A stretch of DNA of 64,000 bases from Ostreococcus lucimarinus (taxonomy: Eukaryota): assembly GCA_000092065.1 (NCBI GenBank), contig CP000585.1, one strand, 5' to 3'. The position numbers and the translations under genes were made by a program. Every line of letters starts with the position of its first letter. The stretch's first letter is position 1. The notes below the pieces were generated by a model. The model searched no databases, was not told the DNA's origin, and saw nothing but the letters and a program-made list of their open reading frames with translations. Shown here one piece after another: positions 30,330 to 40,500 of this stretch.

Positions 30330-31739
30330 TCAGTTGCGCTTGTGACGCTGCACTTTTTGAATCCCTCGAGTGGGCGTCTCCACAGCCTTTCGCTTCATCG
30401 AAGCCGGCTTCGGTGGGATTGAATCTTCTCTCTTGATTTCGCCCGCCGACGCGACGCGCCTCGGGACGATTTTGTGTTCCAAGCCGCCGACCGCCTTCTT
30501 CGCCTCTACGTCCGCCATTCCCGGAATGTACCCCGGCGTCTTACCCTTCGCGACGAGCCGTTCGTACACGGTGACAAGTTTTTTACGCACGCGCAAGAGT
30601 TCAATCGTTTCCTCGCGCAGCTTTAGCCAACCAGCGCACACCGCGTGCGTGTTCATCGAGGGCGTCTTCACGCCGAGGTCTTCTAAGGACTGATCGATAC
30701 GTTTAGCGAATCGCGCGCCGCCTTGCGCCGCGTTAGCTTGTTCGTTCGCGACGGTGATGAAATGCTGCCCGCGCAAGTACGGCCCGGGCTTCAACGCCGC
30801 CGAGCCTCTGAGTGGCAACTCGGGCGCCAACGTCTCAAAGTCGGCGCGAACGTCGTCTATGGACACTGGATTCTGCACCATGTGCGTGCGTGAGGTGGAG
30901 AACACCGCCGTGGCCTTTTGCAACAAGGCTTGATTTTCCGTTCGTCGTCGCTTTTCAATCTCTCGCACGCGCTTTAAAATCTCAGCCTCTTCCTTCATCT
31001 CTCCGTTGGTACGATTCAGCAGCGTGTTCAGCGCCACCTTTCTGTCGAGCTCGTGTTGGGCGTTGAACGGCATTTTCACGATTTGATGCGCCGCCGCCTC
31101 CTCGGGCGATTCCGCGCGCGTCTCAATCAACGTCTTCGCAATGCTATAGTATCTCACCTTCAAATCTTCCACCGTACGCGTCTGTTGACTTGCGAAATCC
31201 CATCGATCGACGACGACGATGAATCGCAAGTCAAACCGCTCCAGTTGTTCAAACAAATAATCCGTCTCCTCCTTCGTCCACGAATCGTCCAAGTGTTTCA
31301 GCACTCTTTCGTACTCATCGCTCGTGTACTTCAACATCTCAATCTTTTTGTTATATTTCGCGAACGCGTAATCCCCGCCCACGTCTCCGCCGTTCGTCCC
31401 CATGAGCGTCGGCTGCGCGCCGCCGACGGCTTTCTTCACCCAGTGCTTCAGTTGCAATTGATCCGTTCGCGCGCTGTTCCGAAACGGCTGCCACTGCCAC
31501 GTCACCGTGCGCGCGGTGATTTTGCGTTTATCCTTCATTCCGTGCAGCGACAGCGCGCTCGGGACGATGGCGGCGCGCGCGTCGTCGCGTTCGTCGTCGC
31601 CCTCGCGTCCGCGCGTGATCTGCCACACCTCTCTGTGGACACCTTTCGGCGGTTTGAGCGACGGTTTCGCCTTGGCGCGCGATTTCGGGGCGCTCGCGCC
31701 GCCGCGCGGGATGCCTAGGATGTCTTTCGCGTCCGCCAT
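30330..31739 (-). CDS. DMAP1: DMAP1/SWC4 (SANT/Myb domain subunit of NuA4/TIP60 and SWR1 complexes)
   Basis: Start at internal Met MADAKDILGIPRGG, the conserved SWC4/DMAP1 N-terminus. Also PKGVHREVW, WQWQPF, SANT domain WTKEETDYLFEQLERFDLRFIVVVDRW, and DLKVRYYSIAK. All aligned from memory to human DMAP1. Confidence 0.75.
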   Translation of the reverse strand: MADAKDILGIPRGGASAPKSRAKAKPSLKPPKGVHREVWQITRGREGDDERDDARAAIVPSALSLHGMKDKRKITARTVTWQWQPFRNSARTDQLQLKHWVKKAVGGAQPTLMGTNGGDVGGDYAFAKYNKKIEMLKYTSDEYERVLKHLDDSWTKEETDYLFEQLERFDLRFIVVVDRWDFASQQTRTVEDLKVRYYSIAKTLIETRAESPEEAAAHQIVKMPFNAQHELDRKVALNTLLNRTNGEMKEEAEILKRVREIEKRRRTENQALLQKATAVFSTSRTHMVQNPVSIDDVRADFETLAPELPLRGSAALKPGPYLRGQHFITVANEQANAAQGGARFAKRIDQSLEDLGVKTPSMNTHAVCAGWLKLREETIELLRVRKKLVTVYERLVAKGKTPGYIPGMADVEAKKAVGGLEHKIVPRRVASAGEIKREDSIPPKPASMKRKAVETPTRGIQKVQRHKRN

Positions 31740-31869
31740 CGTGCGTCGAGGCGCGCGCGCGACGGAGAGTGGCGTCGCGGAGCGCGAATTCACGAGAACC
31801 TCGCCCCGACGACGATTCGCCGCACACGCCGACGCGCCGGCGCGCGCGCGCGCTCGAACGTCGGTGACG

Positions 31870-32932
31870 ATGAGCGAAACGGCGACGGTGACGTACCTGG
31901 AGAAATTCGTGGACAGTGCGTGCGCGAGAGCGAGGCGAGAGCGAGGCGAAGGGTGAAATTTCGCTCGGACGACCGAGGACGATCGAGCTCGAACGCGAAG
32001 ACTGACGATCGTTACGCGCGCGTCGTGACGTAGATCTCGCGGACGTCCCCGCGGAGTTGCAGCGGATACTACAAACGATCGGGGAGCTCGATAAACGGAA
32101 CGTGCGATTGCGAGATGCGGTGCAAGCAAAGGTGGACGAGTGCGCGTCGGCGCCGAGTCTGAGCGCGCGAGGCGCGCGCAGCGCCGACGTCGACGCGGTG
32201 AGCACGTTGAAGAAAGAGATCGAAGAACTTCACGATACGATGGCGATGGTATCCAATGAGAAGATACGGTTGGCGCAGATGGCGTTGGATTTAGTGAAAG
32301 GGAACGCGACGGTGCTCGACGCTGAGATGAAGACGTTCCGCACAGAGCTCGAGGAACAAGGTATTAACCCGGACGAGGACGTCGATGATGGGTACGGCTA
32401 CGCGCAGGTGCAAGCGCAGTACCACCGCAAGATGCAAAAGCCGCAATATCAATATCAAAGACCCGCGCCTATGCCGCAGCAGCAGCGCGCGTACGGCGAA
32501 CACGCGATGAGCTCGATGGACGTCGGCGACCTCGTGGCGGCAAACGTAGGGGCGTTGAACCAAAGCGCCGGTGGACAAGAGTGGATCGTTGCGACCGTGA
32601 CTCGATATTCTCCAACTGAACGCGAGTTTGAGATCGTTGATGCGGACGAAGACGCGGAAAAGCACGTGTACCGCTTGCCGCAAAAGTTTGTCATCCCGCT
32701 TCCGAAGACGGCGTCTGTGAAGCAGTCGCAAAACTTTCCCGCCGGGACGAGCGTGCTCGCTGTGTACCCGAACACGACCACGTTCTACAAAGCCAAGGTC
32801 GTGCAACCGGCGAGAAGACTCCCGAACGCGGAGTACAGCGAGTTCGTGTTAGAGTTTGAAGACGACGGCGACGCCGACGGTCAAGCGCATCGCCCCGTGC
32901 CGTTCCGCCACGTCGTCTTATTTCCGCGATGA
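31870..32932 (+). CDS. SGF29: SGF29 (SAGA-associated factor 29; coiled-coil N-terminus plus C-terminal tandem Tudor), 2 exons
   Basis: The long ORF from 32034 has no in-frame ATG until ~60 codons in and begins with a TTG. Upstream, ATG 31870 opens a 46-nt exon (MSETATVTYLEKFVD) ending in phase 1 at a GTGCGT donor (31916). Acceptor tAG at 32032-33 restores the frame (exons 31870..31915 and 32034..32932). C-terminal Tudor signature VLAVYPNTTTFYKAKVVQ...EYSEFVLEFEDD. Confidence 0.6.
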
Positions 32933-33145
32933 GCGGTGCGAGCGGGAACACAGTTTCGCGCGATCGATCGATCGTGCGTGCGCGCTATTTCGTGTAATCA
33001 ACAGGTAGTTTGTTAGCTTTAAAACACGCGACGAACGCTCGACTTCGGCGCGCGCCGAACCAAGTCGTCCCGTCTACTTTTGATTTGAGCCCGTCATCGC
33101 GCGACGACGTCGCTCGGGTCTTTGACCAGACCACACGACGGCCGC

Positions 33146-33607
33146 TTACGCCGGCGGAGACACCCCCGCGTGCGTCTCCAACCACATCTTGAGCTTATCG
33201 TACGAAATCGCCCCCTCGTTCTTCGACCCCGCCACCTCGGCGCCGTCCTTGAACATGATGAGCGTCGGAAGCCCATACACCGAGTACTTCTCCACCAGCG
33301 CCGGGTTCCCATCGCACTCGACCTTCACCACCTTGATCGCATCGCCGTACTCCTTATCAGCCTTCTCCACAATCTTACTGATCAGTTTGCACGGCCCGCA
33401 CCACGACGCCCAAAAATCGACGAGCACCGGCTTCCCCGCGCCCACGACCTCCGCCTCGAACGTCGCCTCGCTCACGTCCGCGACCGCGCGCGCCGTTCGC
33501 GCCGCGCGCGCCTCGCGCCCAGCGCCCGTTCGTCGTCCGCGTCCCATCACCCGACGCGTCGCCGCGCGTCCCATCGTCGGCGTCACCGTCGCCATCGCCG
33601 TCGCCAT
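33146..33607 (-). CDS. Thioredoxin (m-type-like) with N-terminal transit/presequence
   Basis: WCGPCK active site. VLVDFWASWCGPCKLISKIVEKADKEYGDAIKVVKVECDGNPALVEKYSVYGLPTLIMFKDG matches the classic thioredoxin fold. ~50-aa Arg/Ala/Thr-rich N-terminal extension. Confidence 0.8.
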   Translation of the reverse strand: MATAMATVTPTMGRAATRRVMGRGRRTGAGREARAARTARAVADVSEATFEAEVVGAGKPVLVDFWASWCGPCKLISKIVEKADKEYGDAIKVVKVECDGNPALVEKYSVYGLPTLIMFKDGAEVAGSKNEGAISYDKLKMWLETHAGVSPPA

Positions 33608-34631
33608 CGCCGTCGTCCCGCGCGCTCGCGACGCGCGTTCGTTCGCGCGCGCGTCCGCGTCCTCGACGAACGCGCGCGTTCGCGACGTTCAATTTCGCGC
33701 GCGTCGACGCGTTCGCCGCGCTCCCGCGCGTCGTCGTGTGCCGCGCGCGCGCGTCGCGCGATCGATCGCGCGACGTCACGACACGCGTCATCCAGTTTCC
33801 GAATGTCCGAACCCACCGTCGACCCCCTCGCGCGCGACGAGTCCGCACCCGCCATCGCGGCCCCGTCCGAAAAAGAAATAAAAAAAGTCCCGAACGTTTA
33901 CATGGCGCGAAACCGCGCATCGTGCGAGAATGATCTGCTTTTTGACGCGCGTCCTCGACCGCGCGTCGCGCGCCGTCGCCACGTCAGCGCGGTCGCCACA
34001 CGCCGACGACGCCATCGCGCGCGGGCCATCGCGCGCGCGCGAACGCCGCGCGACGCTCGACGGCGCGCGCGAGCGCGGACGCGCGCGAATCCGTCGATCG
34101 CGACGCGATCGCGCGGCGGCGCGACGCGAGGCCGCGGCGACGCGACGCGCGCGCGACCGCGCGAGGCGAACGGACGCGCCAACGGGACGCGGCGACGGGC
34201 GGCGGCGGCGCGGCGACGCGCGACGACGGCGCGCGCGCGACGCGAGAGCGCGAGCGCGCGCGAGCGATCGCGAGTAGAGGTGCGTGGACGCGCGACCGCG
34301 GCGATCCGACGACGCGGCGACGACGGCGCGCGCGCGATGCGGGCGCGGGCGACGCGATGATGCGCTTTTCGGGCATTCGCGAACGGGACGCGGGATTCGA
34401 ATGGAATGACTGACGAATGCGACGGTCGGCGACGGTAGACGGCGCGCGAGTGATCGAACATGGGCGACGTGCGGTTTGTCGCGCGCGAGGATCGAACGGC
34501 GTTCGCGAAGGCGAGGCCGTACGCGTACGCGAGCGAGGTGAGCGGCGAGGCGAATTCGTTCAAACGCGCGGGCGCCCAGCGAGACGCGGTCGAGACGGCT
34601 GACTGACGATTTTATTCCACGTCGCGCGTAG

Positions 34632-35285
34632 ATGTTTGAAAATGTGCGTCACGTTGGGCACGATTTGAAGGTTGAAGACGGTGGCGCGTGGCGCAGGCCG
34701 ACGTACGAGTCGATCGTCGCGGCGCAAGGGCGAGGCGAGCGAAGAGAGCGCGACTCGAGCGTGGAGAGCGACCACACGACGCAGAGCGACGCGTGCGCCA
34801 GGAAGGTGGTCGTCGAGGACGACGGACCGTCGCCCGAGGCTGGGGTCACGTGCGCGTGTTGTCGAACGCAAAAGACACCGTTGTGGAGAAATGGCCCGAC
34901 GGGGGCGAAGACGTTGTGCAACGCGTGCGGCGTGCGCTTCAAGGCGGGTCGCGTCGTGTGCGACGAGGACGGCAACGTCGTGACGTTGGCTCCGCAGAGT
35001 CGAAAGCGATCCTTGAGCGTTGATCACCACGAGCGCGGGCGGCAGCTGAACAAGAGTAACTACGCGGCTTTGCACAAGCGCATCAAGCCTTCGCACTCGT
35101 CGTTTGCGTACACGCATTTGAGCGACGCGCGAATGATCGAGCTCCAACGCGTGGGCGATCGAGGCGCCAAGGCGCCTTTTCCCCGCGTGCACTCTGCGAC
35201 AATTTTGACCGACTACGACGGTGCCGTGCTGCTGATGCTTTTGCACGACGGCGAAGAAAGTGAAGGCGAAAGCGACGAAGACTAG
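34632..35285 (+). CDS. GATA-type zinc-finger transcription factor
   Basis: Single C-x2-C-x17-C-x2-C finger ([34 protein letters not shown]) with an adjacent basic tail. 217 aa. Confidence 0.7.
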   Translation: MFENVRHVGHDLKVEDGGAWRRPTYESIVAAQGRGERRERDSSVESDHTTQSDACARKVVVEDDGPSPEAGVTCACCRTQKTPLWRNGPTGAKTLCNACGVRFKAGRVVCDEDGNVVTLAPQSRKRSLSVDHHERGRQLNKSNYAALHKRIKPSHSSFAYTHLSDARMIELQRVGDRGAKAPFPRVHSATILTDYDGAVLLMLLHDGEESEGESDED

Positions 35286-35421
35286 GTTTGTCTTCAGCAC
35301 CCTGTACCATGACCATTCTGTTTGTTTTTTGTTTTGCGCGCTCTTGGTTTCAGCCGCGGCCCCGAGGTCTTGTCCTCGGGTTGTACTTTTTTCAAATAAC
35401 CCGGTCGCACGAAAGTGCGCC

Positions 35422-35494
35422 TGTAAAAAATCGATTCTTTTTCACGACGTTGAGCGTGACATCGTACAATAAAACCATATTCATAACTCTGTAA
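35422..35494 (+). promoter_or_regulatory. TGTAA motifs in 3' UTR, candidate green-algal-type polyadenylation signals
   Basis: TGTAA at 35422-35426 and 35490-35494, 137-209 nt downstream of the GATA stop. A-rich surroundings. By analogy with Chlamydomonas TGTAA signals. Confidence 0.3.
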
Positions 35495-35575
35495 ACTTTG
35501 CTTTGATGTGTTATAAAAACTTTCCACTTTTTCTCCGTCATATCCAGTTTCTACTCGCGCGACGCGCGCCGACTA

Positions 35576-36247
35576 TTAATGGTGGTCCATAAACTTATCC
35601 ATCGCCACGCTCAACGCCGCCATCGTCGCGCACCCCACCGCCATTCCCGTCGGCCCACTCGTGCGCGCCATCACCCCACCCGTGAAGCAACCCGCGTACG
35701 CGCTATTCGCCACGTCGTGCTTCGCTCGCACCTTTTCCACCACGCACTCGCTCCCGGCGTACAACGCTCCGAACGCCGCGAACCCTTTCGCGTAACTCCA
35801 CGATCGCGCACCCGCGCTTTTCGCACCTTGTCTAATGGTCTCCCTCATCGTCACCTTCGGCGCATCCGGCGCCGGCACCTCCATCGGCTCGAACGCGCCG
35901 AACACCACGCCCATGACCCCGCCCAGGGCGCCGCCGAGCACGCACGACATCACCGTCTTAATCGCGCAGTTATCCATCGCGTCCTGCTGATACACGTCCT
36001 CGGGCGTCGGCAGCTTCACTCGCTCGTACGTCTTCTTCTTTTTCTTCTTCTTCTCCCCCGGCGTCGCCGTCGCCGCGCGCAGTTCGCCGTCAACCTCGCC
36101 CGCCGTCACCTCGCTCGTCGACGTCTCGAGCGTCGACGACGCGTCGTCGCGCGTCACCGACGCCGAAGACGCGTCCATCGCGGTATCGTCCGACATCTCG
36201 CGCGGCGTCGCGCCCGCGCTCGCGTCGCGCGCGTCCGTAGTCGTCAT
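35576..36247 (-). CDS. Tim17/Tim22/Tim23 (PRAT) family inner-membrane translocase-like protein
   Basis: The C-terminal ~150 aa has the family's Gly/Ala-zipper TM pattern (VLGGALGGVMGVVFGAF, GFAAFGALYAGSECVV, AGCFTGGVMARTSGPTGMAVGCATMAAL). Start set at internal Met MTTTDARDAS (36247); an alternative is 36196. Confidence 0.5.
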   Translation of the reverse strand: MTTTDARDASAGATPREMSDDTAMDASSASVTRDDASSTLETSTSEVTAGEVDGELRAATATPGEKKKKKKKTYERVKLPTPEDVYQQDAMDNCAIKTVMSCVLGGALGGVMGVVFGAFEPMEVPAPDAPKVTMRETIRQGAKSAGARSWSYAKGFAAFGALYAGSECVVEKVRAKHDVANSAYAGCFTGGVMARTSGPTGMAVGCATMAALSVAMDKFMDHH

Positions 36248-36286
36248 CGCGCGCGTCGAAGTGCGGGACGGCAGTTCGCGCCGCCC

Positions 36287-37438
36287 ATGGTCGACGCCGA
36301 CGCCGCGGACGGCGTCGAGGGCGACGCGCGCGAGCGCGAGGCGTTTCTGAAGATCGCGCGCGCCGTGCACGCGTACGACGCCGACGCGGCGCGACTGCTC
36401 GAGCGATGGCGCGCGCGACTCGAGCGGGACGACCTGCCGAAACGCTACGACGGCGCGCTCGACGGCGCGCGACGGGACGTGCGAACGCTCGGTGCGAAAG
36501 CCAAGGCGTTAAACTATGATTTCTTGCGGTGCGCGCTGCACACGTTCGTGGATAATGAGCGCGCGCCCGCGCATTTGCGCATTCCGAGCGCGCGCGTCGC
36601 CGCGTGGTCGCGGGACGAAGCGTTTCGCGCGGAGCGGGACGACGTGGATAAGGTGCGGTACGTGCTGAAGAATGTGTGGCGAGATTGGTCGGAAGAGGGT
36701 GCGCGCGAGCGGAAACCGGTGTACGATTTGATATTCTCGGCGTTGAGGGAGAAGTTGGGGGCGATCGACGCGCGCGTCGGGAGCCCGGTTGGCGAGGCGC
36801 CGCGCGTGCTCGTGCCTGGATGCGGTTTGGGACGATTGGTGTTTGAGTTAGCCAAGCTCGGATACGACGCGCAAGGGAATGAGTTTAGTTACTACATGTT
36901 GATGTTCTCTTCGTTTTTGCTGAACGCGACGAGCGAGGTTGGGGAATTTGGAATTTGTCCATGGATGCATAGTCGAAGCAACCATCGCGAGGCGGCGGAC
37001 ATGTGGCGGGAAACGCGCATCCCAGATGAGGTTCCGGGCGACGCGAATTTGCCACCAGGAGCGATGATGAGCATGGCCGCTGGGGACTTCGCGGCGGTGT
37101 ACGGAGAGGCGCGCGAAACCGGAATGTGGGACGCCGTCGTGACGTGCTTCTTCATCGACACCGCGCACAACATCGTAGAGTATTTAGAGTGCATCGCCAA
37201 CTGCCTACGTCCTGGAGGATGTTGGGTGAATTTCGGGCCATTGCTTTATCATTGGGAAGAGTACGTCGACGAACAGAGCGTCGAACTGTCGCTCGAGGAA
37301 GTGCTCGCCGCGGCGGAATCGTTCGGCTTGCGCGTCGAGCGCTCGGAATCGACCGCGCCAGTCGACTACACGAGCGATCCACGCTCCATGCACAAGACGA
37401 CGTACTCGTGCGCGTTCATCGTCGCCACCAAAGTGTAA
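36287..37438 (+). CDS. CARNMT1: Carnosine N-methyltransferase-like (N2227/UPF0586 family SAM-dependent methyltransferase)
   Basis: N2227-type motifs: VLVPGCGLGRLVFELAKLGYDAQGNEFSYYML, ICPWMHS, DAVVTCFFIDTAHNIVEYL, GGCWVNFGPLLYHWEE. Start at internal ATG 36287. The upstream ORF-track part is His/Arg-rich and antisense to the Tim17-like gene. Confidence 0.7.
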   Translation: MVDADAADGVEGDAREREAFLKIARAVHAYDADAARLLERWRARLERDDLPKRYDGALDGARRDVRTLGAKAKALNYDFLRCALHTFVDNERAPAHLRIPSARVAAWSRDEAFRAERDDVDKVRYVLKNVWRDWSEEGARERKPVYDLIFSALREKLGAIDARVGSPVGEAPRVLVPGCGLGRLVFELAKLGYDAQGNEFSYYMLMFSSFLLNATSEVGEFGICPWMHSRSNHREAADMWRETRIPDEVPGDANLPPGAMMSMAAGDFAAVYGEARETGMWDAVVTCFFIDTAHNIVEYLECIANCLRPGGCWVNFGPLLYHWEEYVDEQSVELSLEEVLAAAESFGLRVERSESTAPVDYTSDPRSMHKTTYSCAFIVATKV

Positions 37439-37578
37439 CATCACACAGCTGTACATCGCGCCGCACGCGTCATCGCGCGCGCTCGCATCGCTTCGATTCC
37501 GTCGTCGTCTCGCGTCGCGCTTCTTCCCCTCTCTCCCGCGTCCGCACACCGCGTCGTCGCGCGCGCGGGTCCGGGCGA

Positions 37579-40500
37579 ATGCCCTCGCGAGGCGACTCCC
37601 GCTCGCCTCGCGCGTCTCCGCGCGCCGGCGCGACGTCTCGCTCGCCCCATCACGCGGCGAACGAGCGCGCGGATGGCGTTGATGTTGGTGTTGCGACGCC
37701 GCGTCCGGTGAAGATGTCGCCGGTGCCGCACGCGCGACCGCCGAGCGACCTCCCGGCGGCGCTGCGAGAGATCGACCGGTTGCGCGCGCTGCAAGAAAAA
37801 AACGCGTCGAGCGCGATGGTGGCGACGCGCCGGGCGTTCGACGAACAGGCGCGATTGGAGAAGAAAATCGAGACGCTCGAGCGCGCGGCGGAGGAGGCGA
37901 AGGCGAAGGTCGAGGAGGCGACGGTGAAGGCGGAACGCGAGGCGCAAGATACAAAAAAAGCGCTTAAAGCGGCGAAGAAGAAGACGCAAAAGCTGGAGGC
38001 GAAGTTAGAGGAACAAAAGATGGAGACGCGAAAGTGGGAAAAGTACGCGAGCGAGAATTTGCGCGGCGAGATGGCGGAGAGCGCGGAGAAGCTGGAGAGG
38101 GCGAGTCAGCGCGAGATTGAACTCGAGGATCGGTGTTCGAGACAAGAGAGCGCTTTGGAGGCGATGCGTGGGCAGATAGAGGAGTTGAGCTCGACGTTGG
38201 AGGATGAGAGGAAGCGAGTGCAGACCAAGACAAGTTCGCAGGCGAACGAGGTGAAACGGCTTCAAGAGGAATTGCGGGAAGCGTTGGACTCGGCGGCGAC
38301 GATAAAAGAAGAGGCCGATTTGACTGTAGAGTCTTTGCGCGCGGCAATGGAAGCTCAAGTTGGCGGTGGCGACGGTAATGAACGTATGAATGAAGAAATC
38401 CAACGCTTGCGCGCGCGCGTCGAAGAATTGAGCGCGTCGCAGGTATCTTCGACAAGTAGCGACGAGTTCGCTCGATTGGAGGAAAAGACGATCGCTCTAG
38501 AGCGACTTTTAGAAGGCGAGCGCGCATCAAAGGCAGTGTTGCGAGCGGAAAAGGATGAAGTAGAAAGATGCGCCGCTGCAGCGGAGGCGAGCGCGACCGC
38601 TCGCGATGCGAAGACTGCACAACTCGACGAGCAAGTCGCGACTCTGTCACACCAAGTGGTTAACCTTGAGCAAGCTTTGCGTAAAGAACAAGAGTTACAC
38701 GCATCGTCGAAGAAAAAAGCCATCGATGACGTGAGAGCCGTAAGAAATACGTCGACAGCGGCAGAAAAGGCCATCGCGGCGGCGAACGCGGCGATGGATT
38801 CGGCGGAGACGCGCGCTGAACAATCTGAACAAATGGCTCGTGAACGTGAAGAATCCATCAAACAGCTCACCACGCAACTGGCTGATGCAAAGCGCCGTGA
38901 GGACCAACTGAGGTTAGAGTTGAGCAAGTCTTCGGATTCCGATTCTCAACAACTAAAGGAGAAGCAACAGAGAATTGAAGAGCTCTCGACGCGAGTCGCC
39001 GAACTGGAAACTGTTTCCAAGCAAGTCGATGATCTGAAGGAGGCTCTCCGTTCGGCGACCGCTGCCACGACGGCAGCCGCGCGTTCCATCGAAGAAAGCG
39101 AAGTCGAACTGGCGCAAGAGCGTCAGCGCGCTGGGGTCGCGGAAGAGAAGTTCGCACAGGCTCGCCAAGCCGCTGAGGAAGCCTTGAAGAGCGTCCAGGA
39201 ACGCGACGCACGAATAAAAGAGTTGACACTTGAGCTTCAATCGACATCAGCTCAAGTAAAGGAGGCGCGGGACAACATGCAACTGATCTCTGCGAGCGCA
39301 TCTTCGAACGAAGAGATTGAGAAACGCCGAGAAGTTGAGGTTCAAGCCGCGACGTCGCTGGCAAAAGCCTCCGAATCACGCGCAGCTGGACTTGCATCAC
39401 AGCTTAAGATTGCCGAAGACGCGCGAGAGGAAGCGGCCAAGGACGTCGATCGCTTGAAACGTGAACTGAGTACCGCGCTAAATTCGCTGAAGGCGAGCAA
39501 ATCAGCGGCAACACGCGCGGTTCAAGAAGCCGTGAGTGCGAGCGGTAAACGCGCGCAACAATTGACAAAGGAGCTCGAAACGGCGAAACAAGAGCATGCG
39601 AGCGCACGATCCGTCGTCACTGACTTAGAGGTTGAGAACAAACGCATCAAGAACCAATATGCTGAGCTTGAAATCCTCGTCGCACAGCTCAGAGAAAGTC
39701 TCCAGACGATTGAAAGAGATGCCGAGACAAAGAATCATGACAAATTGGACATGGAGTACATGCGGCGAGAAGAAGATCTTCGTGCAGAAATCAGCGACTT
39801 GGTTCTCGAGTTGCACGAAGTTCGCGATGATTCTATGTCCAAGATAGAAACGGCCGAACGACAAGTATCCGCGCTGGAATCCCAAATCGAGGAGCTGGAG
39901 GCGGCGCTCATTCAAAGCCGCGACGAGACTCGAACGCTTTCGCAACAATCCAGCGCCAAGCGGTCCGACTTGACGCAGGAAACGAGTGAATTGAGGAAAA
40001 AACTCGTTGAAGCGCAAGAAATCGCCGCGACAGCATCTGGGGCGACGGAGGCTGTGAAGCGCCGATACGAAGCTCGTCTGCGCGACGCCAGCGAGTTGGC
40101 GGAGAAACAAATCATTTCACTCACGAAGGACCTAGATAACGCGAAACGACTCGTCGAGCTGGCGGAGAAGGCAAAGGCGCACGCGCAACAAGAGGCTGCT
40201 CGCGCGGCTGACGATTTGAAAGAAAAAGACGCCTTATTCGAGGAGCAACTCGCGAACGTTCGTATGGCTGTTAACGCCGTAAACGATGAAAAGCTTGCAT
40301 TGAGTCAACAGGTTGAGGAGGCAAAGGCTGAATGCGCAGCAATTCGGAAGCAAAAGGATGCTATGGAGAACGATCTCGTGGAAACTTGTTCGCTTCTCGA
40401 GAAAGTCTCTGCGAAAGCAAACGCGTCGGCAGATGAATATAAGATAACCATCACCGAAATGAACGCGTCAACTGAGAGTCTCAAGGAAAAGCTCGAGGCT

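Noticed and set aside
33600-34600. Numerous 60-400-aa ORFs on both strands in the ~1-kb spacer between thioredoxin and the GATA factor, and similarly at 53276..54139, 26267..27111, 28706..29593
   Set aside because: All are poly-Arg/Ala/Asp translations of CG-repeat DNA, occur symmetrically on both strands, and lack any motif. Treated as non-coding GC-rich spacers, possibly CpG-island-like promoters.
35579-36286. His/Arg-rich 236-aa N-terminal extension of the ORF 35579..37438
   Set aside because: Antisense to the Tim17-family gene and compositionally non-coding. The methyltransferase homology begins after the internal ATG at 36287.
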